Under the pieces are notes generated by a model. The model saw only the letters and a list, made by a program, of their open reading frames with translations. It did no database searches and was not told the origin of the DNA. A program made the translations under genes and the position numbers. Of a stretch of 64,000 nt of DNA, positions 37,221-50,342 are shown one piece after another (the stretch's first letter is position 1; each line of letters starts with the position of its first letter). This DNA comes from Sphaerodactylus townsendi. Its lineage: Eukaryota. The stretch is from NCBI RefSeq assembly GCF_021028975.2, contig NC_059432.1:31062001-31126000 (forward strand). The letters run 5' to 3'.

Positions 37221-40200
37221 GTAAGTTGGTTTATTTCCCCCTTCCCTTTTAAATGGAAGTGAATGGTCAACACCTGAAAAGTAGTAGTTTCACTCCATGA
37301 GTGAAGTACACATCTTGAATATGAATCATCTTCTTCAAGGTTTATAGCTGGAAGCTGGCAGTAATGGAGTGGTACTTTAGAAGATGTTTTAGAAGATGCT
37401 GAAGAGTCTCTCTCACTCTTGAAAGTCAGCCTTCTGCAGCTGAATGCCTGTCCTGTGCTTGCTTTTGCTTGTATGTTAGCTTTCAGTGTGGTGTAGAAAA
37501 TATACCTTAATTATGATGTGGGTGCTGTGTTGTTGTTGTTGTGTTAGAAAAAAATAGTTGACAAGGCTGTTACCCAGACACAAGGGTATGTATTTTATTT
37601 GTTGTCTAATGAGGTGCCATTTGATCTATATATTAAGTTAATTGGAAAGCTGTGCAAGGAAAATATATATGAGTGTAGTTTTATCTGTTGCAGCAATAAG
37701 CATTTTATGTGACTACAAAGTAGCTGAAGCAATAATTTTTTTGGGGGGGAGGAGAGCTGATAGTGTCTGTTACATCCAAAGCATCAGCATGCTTTAGCAC
37801 GGTATGCGATCTCTTCAATGTGGGCTGAAAGTTTTGTTTTACAGAAAAAAAGCTGTGTCTAGCTCTGGCATTGCTCCCACGAGCTTAATATTGATTGTTG
37901 CTATTTCTTGTTTGGAGATAAAATTATAAAGCATGTGCCATTCTTTGAAGATAATAACATGCCTTGAATTCTTAACTTTAAGCCCACATTTTGTTGATTA
38001 TCAGAATGGCTGCTAATTGTTCATTCTAGTAATTGAATATGGTAGGAGGTGAAGTTGATGCCTTTTCATGACAACCGAGGAACAATTAATCTACACAGCA
38101 AGATATGTTTGAAGTGCTAACTACGTTTGGGCTTTCCTGAAATCGTGATTATTGTAAAAAGGGAAGAAAGCTGAATAGAGGAAAGCCAAAGTGTATAACT
38201 ATCCTTCCATACTACTGTCCAATTACATTTTTCCTTATTCTGGAAAGTGTGCCTTGTGGTTGACTGTGTGTTATTTGATGCTTCTGCTGAGATGGGCTCT
38301 TACTTCAGTTTCAGCAACATAATACACCTGGCTTGAGAGCCAAAGCCCTTTGAAACAAGAGTGCCGTTTTTGTGAGAGTACTGTTTCATTTAGGGACAAA
38401 ACCCCTGCTTTCTCAGCTGATGTAATGTGTTTAGGCTTGAATTCTAGCCTCAATCTCGTTTATCTTGTATGTTCCCATTGAATGGCAAAACACACAGGCA
38501 GTAGCAAATTTGGACTCTCCTGTCTGCTTTATAGTTGTCTTAAATCACTGGTTGGAATAATTGCATTGTCATCTGATGTTATCTCAGCACAGGTATAATA
38601 GCTTTGCCCAAAGAGCAGTCACCTGTAAACGCAACAGGGCTTCCAGCAGGGATTCTTAACATTTTTGGGGAAGCTTTGTTTTCTATATCAGATTATTGAT
38701 GTGTTTATCAATATATTTTATATTGGATTATTGATGTGTTCATGGATGCAGCTGGAACATTTGTTGAGCACATTATCCCTTCTTGTTGAATTAGTAGTCA
38801 AAGATAAGGCATATATATGTGATCTAGACAATTAAGGACTCATTGTCCTATGGAATAAACTTTGGTAGTAATTAAAAGGACTGGAAAACACTCCTCCCCT
38901 ATGTGCACAGATGCCCAATCAGAACATTTGATGAGAGAGCTTAGGGGAACCACAGTGTATGAATTTGTGCATGTAGACTACTTGATCATACTTTACTGCC
39001 TTGCTAGTATTTCAGTGCTTTTATGTATACAAGTTTTACACAATATTAAAAATGAAGCCTCAAGCCATCCTAAACTTAATTTGTCCTGCTGTGCCTAAAG
39101 AGGCACTTTCAATTGCAGCATTATCCTCTCTTTATTTCCAATTAATTAGTCTCAAATAAATACCACCTCTAGGTTTCATTTAGCAGAACTACTACCGGTA
39201 AGTGAGTAGAATATATATCTTTTAAACTTCAGGTACATCCTCAAAATCAGTTAACAAAATCTTGGTTAAATCTTACTATACTTCAGGGAAACTTGTAGTA
39301 TTGCTGTCAGGACAAATTCACACTAAGTTAAGTGAATGCTTCCACTTTTCTGTAAATATTTAAGGCAGTGTTCTCAAAAATCATGGGTTAATATATTTTA
39401 TTGTTTTACTGAAACAAATTGGAATCTCTAATTTTATTTACAACATGCTTTCTACCCAAATGACCTTAAAACAAGCTAGTAGCAAAATAATAACAACACA
39501 CTATAACATCAAAAATAAAATACACATTATGATTTACAATTGAAAATCTACTATACATGGAACAATCTCTGTTCCAGATATCTCCTGCTTTCTAAATTCT
39601 TGAAAGTTTCTTTTTCCATGCTTTTGTCACCAAAATTGTGTGAGAAAAAATTCATGTTTATTAATTGCTCATTAACCCTTCTGATAATAAATTCATTTCG
39701 GAACAAATGGCAAAATCGAAATTTGAGTGGGTGTATTTATTTCGGATACTTCTTAGTCTGTCTAGTTAAAAGGAATTTATTAAGCTATTTTCTGTCTGTT
39801 CTGTTTATGCTTGAAAATGTTGTAGACAATGGTTCCAAGATTTTCTCTTTGCCACCACAAACAAATCCATCCAAATATCAGTGTAAGTTATGTCTTCCCA
39901 AGAAATTCATTGTATTTAATCAGAAGTATCATTAGGTTGTTATTGCCCTTTTGCCCCATCCAATCAGCTATCAGGGACTCACACAACTGTTGTCTTCCTC
40001 CAATGAGAGAGTACCAAGATGCTACTGCTTGAAAAAACTTCCTTGAAACAATTAGGAATTGCTCTTTCAGAAGATGAAAATGAATCCCTAACCTTTTTTT
40101 AAAAAAATGCCAGATGATTATGAGCTGTAGTTATGGGTCGTTCCTGGAAGCTGTCATCTCTAGGGGAGTCATTGCAGTTTTGGAGGATTGGATAGGTGCC

Positions 40201-40699
40201 TCTTTGCCTTTCTTAGGGTATTCTCCAGGCATGGTTTTCATTATTACTGACATTAAATTTGATTTGGCTGTTGATTTGGATTGCTTCTCTTTCTTCAAAA
40301 CTTTAGCAGAAGAATTAGTGTGGACATAGAAGAATGCTACAAGTAGAGACAAAATAGGAAGGTGCTTGGGAAAGCCCATCATGGCTGAGATAAAAAGATA
40401 TTCATAGGGTAAAACAGTTTGATATTAGTACAGACAGCTATCTGGAAGATATGGTACAACCAATAGTATTGCAGGCTAGAGATGGGATATCTGGGTGGGG
40501 ACAGAAATCAGAAGGAAATAATATATGGAGATCACTAGGAACATTTTCTCTTTTGGTTACGCAACGCTTTTTAAGACAAGCTTTTATTAACACAGTGTGT
40601 ACCATGTTTATTTATGTAAAACATTCTATAGCATTAGGTGATGATAATTCCTCTGTAGGTATAAGTGTGCTGTTGAGTTCTGTGAAGTTTCCTTATGAT

Positions 40700-41004
40700 T
40701 CTGGTGGGTTTTCCGGGCTGTGTGGCCGTGGTCTGGTGGTTTTTGTTCCTAACGTTTCGCCTGCATCTGTGGCTGGCATCTTCAGAGGTGTATCACAGAG
40801 AAAAGTCTGTTTCACACTGTGAAACACTGTCTTTATGCAAAAACACAGTGTGAAACAGACTTTTCTCTGTGATACACCTCTGAAGATGCCAGCCACAGAT
40901 GCAGGCGAAATGTTAGGAACAAAAACCACCAGACCACGGCCATACAGCCCGGAAAACCCACCAGAACCAGTTGAATCTGGCCGTGAAAGCCTTCGACAAT
41001 ACAT
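40700..41004. mobile_element. Palindromic Penelope insertion (best preserved copy)
   Basis: Near-perfect inverted arms of about 120 bp; 12-bp TSD tttccttatgat at 40688-40699 and 41005-41016. Confidence 0.92.
40748..40788 (-). ncRNA. Minimal type I hammerhead ribozyme motif (Penelope-associated), intact core
   Basis: Minus strand reads CCU-CUGAAGA-U-GCC(AGCCACAGAUGCA)GGC-GAAAC-GUU-AGG; palindromic ACGU replaces helix III. Confidence 0.7.
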
Positions 41005-41039
41005 TTTCCTTATGATGTTTACATTGCAAGGGGTGAGCA

Positions 41040-41232
41040 GAGGCTGTTTGTCATTGTCTTTCTCTACAAAGCAATCTAGGACTACTTTGGTGATCTCTCA
41101 TTCAAGTTATATTGTGACCCGCCCTGAGCCCTGCGGGGATAGGGTAGGATAGAAATAAAATAAATAAATAAATAAATAAATAACCCTTTTTAGCTTCTGA
41201 CCTCTGATGAGATCAGGCTAGTCAGGGCTATT
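41040..41232 (-). mobile_element. 5S rRNA-derived SINE (SINE3) remnant interrupted by a short L2-type tail (41112-41182)
   Basis: gatctctcattcaagt...acccttttagcttctgacctctgatgagatcagg resembles the reverse complement of the 5S rRNA 5' region. Confidence 0.55.
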
Positions 41233-41267
41233 AGAGTTGCTACATAGTCATATATGCCCCACATAGG

Positions 41268-44200
41268 AAATTACTTCATACCAGAGCTTTCACTACGCCT
41301 ACATAGAAGGCGCACGAGATATGGTTATGCTCGTTCGCCTTCTGACCTCCGACCTATCCCGAGGAACGACGGTGGCTGGGATCAGGGATACTCTGCTTCG
41401 TCCCTGGTGTTGATTAATGCCAGGTCCGTCCAATAATAAGACCACCATGGTGCTCCGGATTTTCGGGCCAGCAGAATGAACCTGGCATGTGTCCGCGAGA
41501 GAAACCTGCGAGTGCTTGTAGGAATTCGAGACCGTAAAGCCTTAGGCGGTAGCGCCACCAGGTTTGTGATGTCTCCACCAATCACCGCGAACACAGGGCG
41601 AGGGTGGGGGTGGCATTATTCATCCTGTGAGTCTTATCCCCTTTAGGGCAGTCCCCTGTTCAAAGATCACCCGGCATGGAATGTGTAGGCCTGGAGTGGT
41701 TGGCCTCAGAGGGGGTTGGCCATTCTCTGAATACCGTCGATTAGCCTAAGCGACGGAGATGGCCTGCCGCTACGCTGGCTAAGCTGAAGGTGGTGTCGGA
41801 CTGGAAGCGTTAGCGGTTCCCCAGACTTATTGTCTTGGGTGACTTCAACGTCAATATGCGACATACGGGCCTTCATGTATAATTAATGCGGACCTGCAAC
41901 AATTATCATCCATGGCGCACATCTAGGCCTCTCCTTAGTAAATTCTGGCCCCACTCACGCGAGGCTGAGCACCGCGCTCGGATTTGGTCTTTGGGTGGGG
42001 ATTAACTTGGTCAGACCACATCTCTGTCGACCAGAGTGCCATAGTCCGACTCATTATGCCTTTGAAGGTCCGGATGGACTTACGCTGCGACCGCTTCCGT
42101 CTCCGAGGCGGCGTGGCTGAGATTTATGCCCGCCAGCGGAGACTTATGGATCGCACTTTGGTTTCCTGCGAATGCTCTGCGGGACTCCTGAACCCGCCCG
42201 GCACACTTTCGGATGTGAGCAGGTGGAGGACTGGAATTCCGGCTCTCCGATGCCATCGAGGTTGTTGTTCTGGCGACCCGACGCCTTCGCCCCGTTCGGC
42301 GTGCTCCGTGGTATACAGAGGAGCTGGGCGCTTCATATGAAACGAGCTTTTAGAGGCGTCTAGGAGCGAGGGTGGAGGAAATCTCGTGGCCGAATGCGCG
42401 AGCATCTTATAGGGCGTTTATGAAAGCCTATGAGGTGGCGGCCGAATGGCGTTTAAGAGGGTCTTCTTCTCCTCTTCTCTACGCATCCGCTTGGCTCTCG
42501 CCAGCATAAGTATTCCATTATAATTGGGTCTTTAACCTCCTTATGGGAGAGTTCTGCAAATTCTCAATTGAGCATTAGCTGTAAGAGGCATTTATGAGAC
42601 TTTCGCGATAAAGTCGGCGATAGCTCGCCTGCGAATCTTCCCCTCTCCACATTGGCTACACAATTAGTGAACTGGAGGCTCCCTTGCCCGTCTTCATAGG
42701 CCCTTGTTTGGCCCAGTTTTCCTTGCTCTCTGAAGCCCAGCTTTCGTTGACATGGACCTTGGCTGCTGTTAGACCTACTACCTGTCCTCTGGATCCGTGC
42801 CTCCTGAGCTTATAAAACCTGCCGGGTGAGACTGCTGACCCCCCATCTGTTGAGTATCATCAATGGCTCCCTTGAGCAAGCTGAGTCTTCCGGATAGGTT
42901 GAAGGAGGCAGTGGTCCACCCACTCTTAAAAGACCATCGTTGAATCGAGATTGATCTGGCCAATTACGCCCGCTTTGAATCTTTGGTTTCTGGGGAAGGC
43001 TGTAATGGTGAGAATGGTGTTGGAGCAGCTTCAAGGTTTTCTGGATGGCCATCGGCTTCGACCCTTCAGTCCGGCTTCCGTGCTGGGCATGGGGCCGAGA
43101 CTGTTCGTCGCTGTCACAGATACGCTCTCATTATGCAGCTTGACTGAGGCGGATCGGGCCTGCTGGTATTGCTTGATCTTTGGTCAGCAGCGCGTTTGAT
43201 GTAGTCGATTTCACGCATCCTTTGACCCACCGGGCCTGGCTGTCTCTGGAGTGCTTTGGGGCAACTGTCAGCCTTCAATGGATTGTCTCTGCTTTCTCGA
43301 GGGGCGGACTCAACAAGTGAGGTTAATTGGGACTTCAGGCCTCCCGGAGTGCCAGCTTCATTGCGGTGTGCCCAGGGGCATTACTATCCCCGCTATTATT
43401 TAATATCTATATCCGACCCCTTGCTCAGCTTTAGTGCGGAGTTTGGGCTAACTTTGTCATCCAGTGTCTGCGGATGACACGCAGCTCATTCTGTTGATGG
43501 AGAGGGGAGCAGTCACCGCTCCCTCGCGGCTCTACAGCATTGTCTGGAGGCGGTTGCTAAGGTTGGTTCGCGACAAGAACAGAGTTAAAACTGAATCTAT
43601 CGAAGGCGGAGATCCCTTTGGCTTGGCTTTCGGTGGGCGGGTTGCTAAGGCGTGGAGTTTTCCAGCGCCCGGTGTGGGAGGGAGGTCACATTGGCGCCCG
43701 ACCCCTCCGTTCAAGCAACCTGGGGAGTCCCACCTGGATTCGTCTTTCAATGGAGACCCAGGTGGCGCCATATAACCAGGTGCTTTTTTTCCGCCTTCGT
43801 CCAGGCCCGGGCGGTTGGCTCCCTTCCTCTCCCAGCGGACCCTAGCCACGGTGGTCCATGCAGCGGTCACCTTCAGACTGGACTATTGTAACTTCGCTCA
43901 CGGGCCTTCCCTTAGCGTCTGATTAGAGAGACTCAAACTGGTCCAACATCGCGTAACCGCGGTTGCTTACAGGCAGCCATCTGGGAACACATCCAGCCTG
44001 TGCTGCGCCAGCTGCATTGGCTCCCAGTTGGAGTTCGAATCATTTTCTAAGGTGTTGGTGCTGACCTTTAAAAGACCCTTGCATTGGCTTAGGACCCGTA
44101 TCGCCTGAGACCGCATCACCCCATATAGCGTCCCTCTACGGCCTCCTCATTCGAGTTGAGGCCAATCTTTGTGGTCCCTGGCCTCAATGTATGCTGACTG

Positions 44201-44589
44201 GCTCTCCACACCGCGGGCCAGGGCCTTCACGGCTCTGTGCTAATTTTCCTGAATGGAACACTCTTCCACCAACCATCCGGGCTATCGCGGGACCTTAGGA
44301 GTTCCGCAGGGCCTGTAAACAGAACTGTTCAGCCGGGCCTTTGGAGGGACCAGCGGCTGAAGGTGCCCCTCTTTTAGCTCTTAACGCAGTCCTTCTATCC
44401 AATAGGATGCGCCCTCCTCTTAGGGGAGGATTTAAAATTAGGTATTTGGATGCCTCTTATTACTCTACTGCTGTTTTTAAAGGTTTTAACCATATTTATT
44501 TGTACCGAGATTTATGCTGTACACCGCCCAGAGCCCCTTGGGATGGGGCGGTATAAAAGTTTAAATAATAAATAAATAAATAAATAAAA
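41268..44589 (+). mobile_element. L2 LINE with near-complete ORF2 (EN and RT), heavily frameshifted
   Basis: Same family as 840-2580; LVLINARS, LGDFN and RT motifs in broken frames; (AAAT)n tail; 24-bp duplication atagtcatatatgcccc(a/g)catagg at 41244-41267 and 44590-44613. Confidence 0.88.
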
Positions 44590-44620
44590 ATAGTCATATA
44601 TGCCCCGCATAGGCCACCAC

Positions 44621-45305
44621 TTATGTCCCACATAGGCCACTACGCTCAGCGGTGGCGGAACTGCTGGTGACCCCTAGCCCCGCGACGATGCGGCTGGCCT
44701 CGACCCGGGCCAGGGCCTTTACGGCTCTGGCCCCTGCCTGGTGGAATGCCCTACCTCCATCAGTTCGGGCCCTGCGGGACCTTGGCGAGTTCCGCAGGGC
44801 CTGCAAAACAGAGCTATTCCACCGGGCCTTCGGGGAGGCTGGCCGCGGTTTTACTGCCCCCCACTGAAATATTAGAACTAAAACCGAGGTTGCCATTTTT
44901 CCATCTTTTGTCACCTCGGTCGGGCCACTGTTGATTCCATCTGGGCCCGCCGTTTTCCTCCCTCCCTTCTTTCCTCTACTATGTATTTTCCTCCCTTTTA
45001 GCCTTGGGAATGGGCGCCTGCCTTAAACTGTTTAAACTGTTTTAAGCTGTTTTAAACTGTTCAGACCGTTGAATTGTTTGAGCTGATTGAACTGTTTGAA
45101 CAGCTGATTGAACAGCTGATTGAACAGCTGATTGAACAGCTATATTGTTAAGTTGTTTTAAATTATGTGACTGCTGCTGGTTTTAAGAGTGTTAAATTGT
45201 GTTGTTGAGTTTGCTGTCGGAGAACAGCCATGTTGGAAGCCGCCTCGAGCCCCTTGGGGAAGAGGCGGCCTACAAGTTCGAAATATAAATAAATAAATAA
45301 ATAAA
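44621..45305 (+). mobile_element. L2 LINE 3' fragment of a second subfamily
   Basis: MRLASTRARAFTALAPAWWNALP...; distinct 3' UTR with (gctgattgaaca)n, stem ccgcctcgagccccttggggaagaggcgg and (AAAT)n tail. Confidence 0.88.
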
Positions 45306-48300
45306 TATTTCACACATTTGCTCACAGTTAATACTCTGTAAGGTACTTGATGTTAGTACACCATTGGAGAGCTGATTTGTTCAATCTTACTTTTTACTCA
45401 GTATCCAGATATGCTCCTAGTTTTATTGTATAAGACTGTTTATGCAAAAAGAGCACGTTGCCTTTGCTAAAAGAATAATGTCCTGTTTTCAACTTCCTTG
45501 TTTTTCCAACCTCTCCGATAGCCTAAACTAAAATATGCTAAAGGTAGCATAAGTTGCAACAGTTTATAATACTCTCTGTTTCCCAAACTTCTATGTTTTC
45601 CCTTGGCTTCAAAGCAACTAGGAATGAAGAAGGGGGAAAATAGATTTTTTTAAAAAATTGCAGCCAGCTATTTGTTGTATGGATGTTAGCCTCCTTCATT
45701 GATTTGACTTCTTTAAGCTTATTCACATCTAAATTAGGTGTTATTTTCATGACCGAAGTGTGAGCTTATTAGACGTCTCTTATATCACCTTATACAGTAA
45801 AATCCATTTTAAGTCTCAGTGAGAAAGACCAACCATAAATGTAGTGAATAAATAAATGTTGTTGCCAGATGCTTCCATCCACAGCATGTCAATCGTATGC
45901 ATACACAGTCATATGCAGAATTCATTGTTTGGATATTATGCTAAATGTTGCAGGATGTATACCTCCAGCCAAGTTCCTTGCAGATTTTCATGGCTGCCCA
46001 TCCATCCTCAGCTACCATGGGTTACAAACTGATATAAAAGTGGCATGTTAATGCTGTCTTCTCTTGAATTCGCTTTCATTTTTTTAACACCAGTAAAGCA
46101 AATAGGATCAGAAAATAACTAATAGACTATTTGCATAGAAATTTTTTGCTACTGGCATTGAAGGAAGATTAAACGGCATCTGCAGTGGTATTTGGACAGT
46201 GATTGTGTTTCATTTGGACACAATTACCTCCATTTATTTCCTAGCGACCAACTATATTCGTTACCGCTCTTGCTAAATTCTCTGTGAAAGTTTCATTTTG
46301 TCTCTGATTAAATTGTGGTGGAGGCTACTCCTGTGAATTGAAGTCTGGAATATTTCCAGGTTAAGCCAGCATTAGAAGAGAGCAATAGTAGAGATTTGGT
46401 TCTAGTTTTGGTTTTTCCTGTGAAGGTGGAAGAAGGACATTCAGAACTGGATTGTTAATTAGAGGTGACTTCTCATTTTCCCTAGGATACAAGTGTTCTG
46501 TTCCTTGCTGTGAGATGTATGATTTCTATTATTTGAAAGTGTCTTTCATTTCCATATTCAGTGAAAGGAAAGTTTGAGCACGGCCAGCAGAATTAACAAC
46601 AGTTTCCTGTGTAAACTAAGACAGCCATGTATTTAATGAAGTGCATCATTCTAATAGCAAATCCAGCTAATGAATGCTTTCCCTGTTGTTTTAGAGAGGA
46701 GCCAGAGTGATACTATTCTGCTTTTGGATCACTGAATCCGTATGGAAGTGCAAATGGTCTGTCTGAGAACAGCTTCCTTTAATTTTGTTTTAACATTCAG
46801 GAGGCAAGTTTATCACTTATTCTGTATTTCACATTTGGCATTCTAGTTGTGGTTGCTGGAATTCTGTGCTCTAATTATTTGCCATTATGGTAAAACTTGA
46901 TGGGATCACATCCAGTTTCACTGAGGAGAGCAGTAACATTTTACTAGAGATGTCCACAATAATTATAATAATCACCAAGATGTGATAAATTGATTCCCAG
47001 TGTGTACGCTTTTTGCATTTTGCCAAAACATTTATGAAGACATCCAGTATCAATGTGGCTTTCAGTCCTGATCACTCAAAAATACTGCATCTTTAGAATA
47101 TGAATGTGTGAGTTTCTGTGCAAAGAGTGTCTCCACAAGAGTTCTGCTTGCTAAGCTTTGCAACCTGAGGTCTTTTCAGCTGCAGACACCATATAAGCAC
47201 AGAGTAATGCACATGACAAAATATCTTTATTACTCACATACTCCAATGAACTGACTCTAATTATCCACAAAGGAAGTCTTGAGATGTCAGCAGTTTATAA
47301 AGACAAGTTCCATTTAAGACTTGTTAGAAAAGGAACTAAAAATAAAAGAAGTCTCTGATTTCTGACACTCCTGTCTGAGAGGATGGCATAGATTTGAAAG
47401 GACATATAAAATCTAAAGAGCCGGTTCCTTGAGAACTGGTTGAAGGGGAGTTGAGGCAGCATTACCAGAGGGGAGGTGGAGGATAGGACCTCTGTGGCAC
47501 CTTGCACAGGAGTGGGTATAGGAGGCATTGTGGTGTTGCTACCAGGTAACATGACAACTTGCTACCAGGTAACATGACAACTTGGCTGTGCCAGGTGGTC
47601 AGGGATGACCCTCTGATCACCAAAGAGAGACACCATATATGGTGTCTGTGGGAGCTCTTTATCTAGTGACCACTGGCCCTGCAGGGTGATTGTATTTTGC
47701 ACCAGAAGATAAGGACTCCCCTGAAGAAGGGAGGGGTCAACAATGTCTTCAGAACTTTGAACATCCAGAGAGAGTTGGGTGACCCTTTATTTGCAGTTGA
47801 CTGTTGTCAAAGGGACTGTTGCTGAATAAGAATAATTTCAGAGAGTCCAGCCCCAGGATGTGGGAATGCAACATCTAATCAGATGGCTGTTTCCATGCCT
47901 CTATAGGCCCACATATTGCTGCTGATTTTCAGGCGAAGGAGATCAGGACCCCTGAGGAGGATGGTGTCTGTGGGAGGTATGCTTGGTGACATAAGATCCC
48001 ACTGAGGTTGTCCCTCTCCCCATATCTTGCTGTCAGCAGGCTTCAACCCTATAGTCACTACGTGTTTTCCAACCCACAGCTTGCCACCCAGGGAGAGAGC
48101 TTCTAATTCAGGAGAGCACTCATGGTATCTCAGAACCTTCAGGTGGGGGGAGATGTTCCCATCTTATAGCCTTGTGTTGGCAGTGGACCATCAAAGTTCT
48201 GCCCCCAGGCACTCTACCCATCCACCCTCTCAGTGATGCACACAAACCATTGTAATAGGCAAGGAAACTTTATTGGGGTAGCCATTAACACTAAGAACCC

Positions 48301-49302
48301 TCTGTAGCCACCACCAGGTCTGCTGAGAGGTTGCATAGCCCTCCAACTTGCAGGGGGTTTTCCAAGTCCACAGTTCTCACATGGGCTACATGACAAGGCC
48401 AGATCCAAGCTAACCAGAGCTGCATTTAACCCCTCACCTGTTGGATGACTCCCTGCCTTTTGAAAAAATAGCAGTGTGCATTCCTGTAGCAGTGCAGTGC
48501 TTAATCATCTTGCAGAGAAATGCAGCAACCCCCCAGGGAGAAGATTCTATGCAACATTCCTCGATTTGAGAAGTTTTTCCATTGGTTCAGGAACTAGTCA
48601 GTATCCTGAGCACTTTGGAAACTTGTGGGCAGGGCTGCACCAATGGGAGCAGGAAATCAAAACTTTATTGTGGACCCCTGTGGGTTGCACCATGGTTTTT
48701 GCAGGTGTAACTTTGCACCACACAAAATGGGCATTCCAAAAAAGGATTAAAAAGCTGACTAGCATTGGCTCTATCCCTGGGCTTGCCTCTTTTGGTGAAG
48801 CTGGCACCCCTGTGTTGTGCTCTTACACCCCTGTTCGGCCTAAGTGCTTGACCTCTAACATAATTGCCCCATGCCAATGCAGGGTTGCATTGCCTCCATA
48901 GCACTTTCACCCCTCTTTGTGGATTGCACTGTAAATTATGACTTTTTTCTCCCAGAAATATTAAAATGCAGAAAAAACATGATGCTAATGAGAGGAAAGA
49001 TCATCCTTGCACAGATTAGCGCTTTCTTGTATGTGAATGCTCAGTTAGAGTTTAGTTCATTTAAATGGCAGCCTGCAGTTTCAGTATTTGGTGCACATCA
49101 TTAATTGCAAATCGATTTCTTCTGAGTCTTTTGATGTTTGTAAGAAGTGTGGAAGATGTTAGATGTTGATGGCCTTCACAAAGTCAGTTATTCTATTGCA
49201 GTTCTCAGGTTCTTAGAGGCACTTGTAGTTACTTATCACATGCAAAACATCTAATCAAAGGAGAAAAATACTTCTACTACAGGCAGGTATATACTGGCTA
49301 TG

Positions 49303-49390
49303 GCAGGGGTCTCCAATTGGCCATGCTGGCAGGGGCTGATGGGATTTGTAGTCCATGAACATCTGGAGAGCCGCAGGTTGCTGACCCCTG
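49303..49390. mobile_element. Internally deleted hAT MITE
   Basis: cagggg...cccctg termini and gggatttgtagtcc core related to the 58074 family. Confidence 0.6.
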
Positions 49391-49739
49391 GTCTGTAGCT
49401 CAAGAGTGCTTAATAAGTTAGATTGAATTCACATGTGCATGTGTGGAAAAACAGAAAGACAGTTCTGGTGCACCAATGTCAGGTTTCTGACTTGTTAAAA
49501 AGACAGAGGCAGGCTTCATTGTGCTTATATTCAGCATTTTAATCAATCGGGGGGGGGGGGGGTTGAAGATTGGTTAACTGGGTTTCAAAAGTGTAAGTAT
49601 GTACTTCCTCTGTTTCACTTCAGGTACACACTGACAAAAATCTCCAGATATACAGCTGCTGTAAAACAGACATTCTGCACATCTCAATTCACACATGTTA
49701 CTGCACAACATGTTTCCCCCCCCTAAGAAGTAGCTTGTA

Positions 49740-49965
49740 AAAGCCTGTGGCCAATCTACAATTACAATAACAAATGTGTGCCTGGGAACCCCAGCCAACG
49801 TTATCTCTCTCCAGTACAGCAAAGGGAGATGGAAAAACCACATGAAGACCAATGGTTCAATATGTTCATATGGAAGTAGACAGTCGTTGGTTAATGCCTG
49901 CACCTTGCATTGAACCCAGAGGCAAATGGGGAGCCACTGCATATGGAACAAGACTGGAGTGATGT
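49740..49965 (-). mobile_element. Old L2 fragment
   Basis: Minus-strand NITPVLFHMQWLPICLWVQCKV matches the L2 HITPVL..LHWLP motif. Confidence 0.6.
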
Positions 49966-50342
49966 TTCCTACAACACACTTGAATAAACCTTTTGATTGC
50001 TGCAGCCTATACCTGCTGTAACTCTTTAACCTATAAAATAAATCACATACATACACACGAATTTGACTTTTCAAAACATTGATCCCAGGTATTCACAGAT
50101 ATTTTGGGGAATATGCAGAATTAAGATACCTGTATTGACTGGACATCTCTGATGTGTTTCTGAATAATATTATACCTGGAAAATAATGATAAGGTATTTT
50201 GGATATATTTTCAGACCAAATGTATCTGAATGTATATCCCTATTTTGAAGTGTTGGTGAGCATTTCCTCCTCACAATATTTCTTCAAAATTCAAGTACAG
50301 ACAGTGATTTTATTTATTTACTTTATTTGGGTTTGCTTTTCT

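Noticed and set aside
40693-41152. Mirror-image ORFs on both strands (also 21610-21884 and 58887-59171)
   Set aside because: Produced by Penelope palindromes; not protein-coding.
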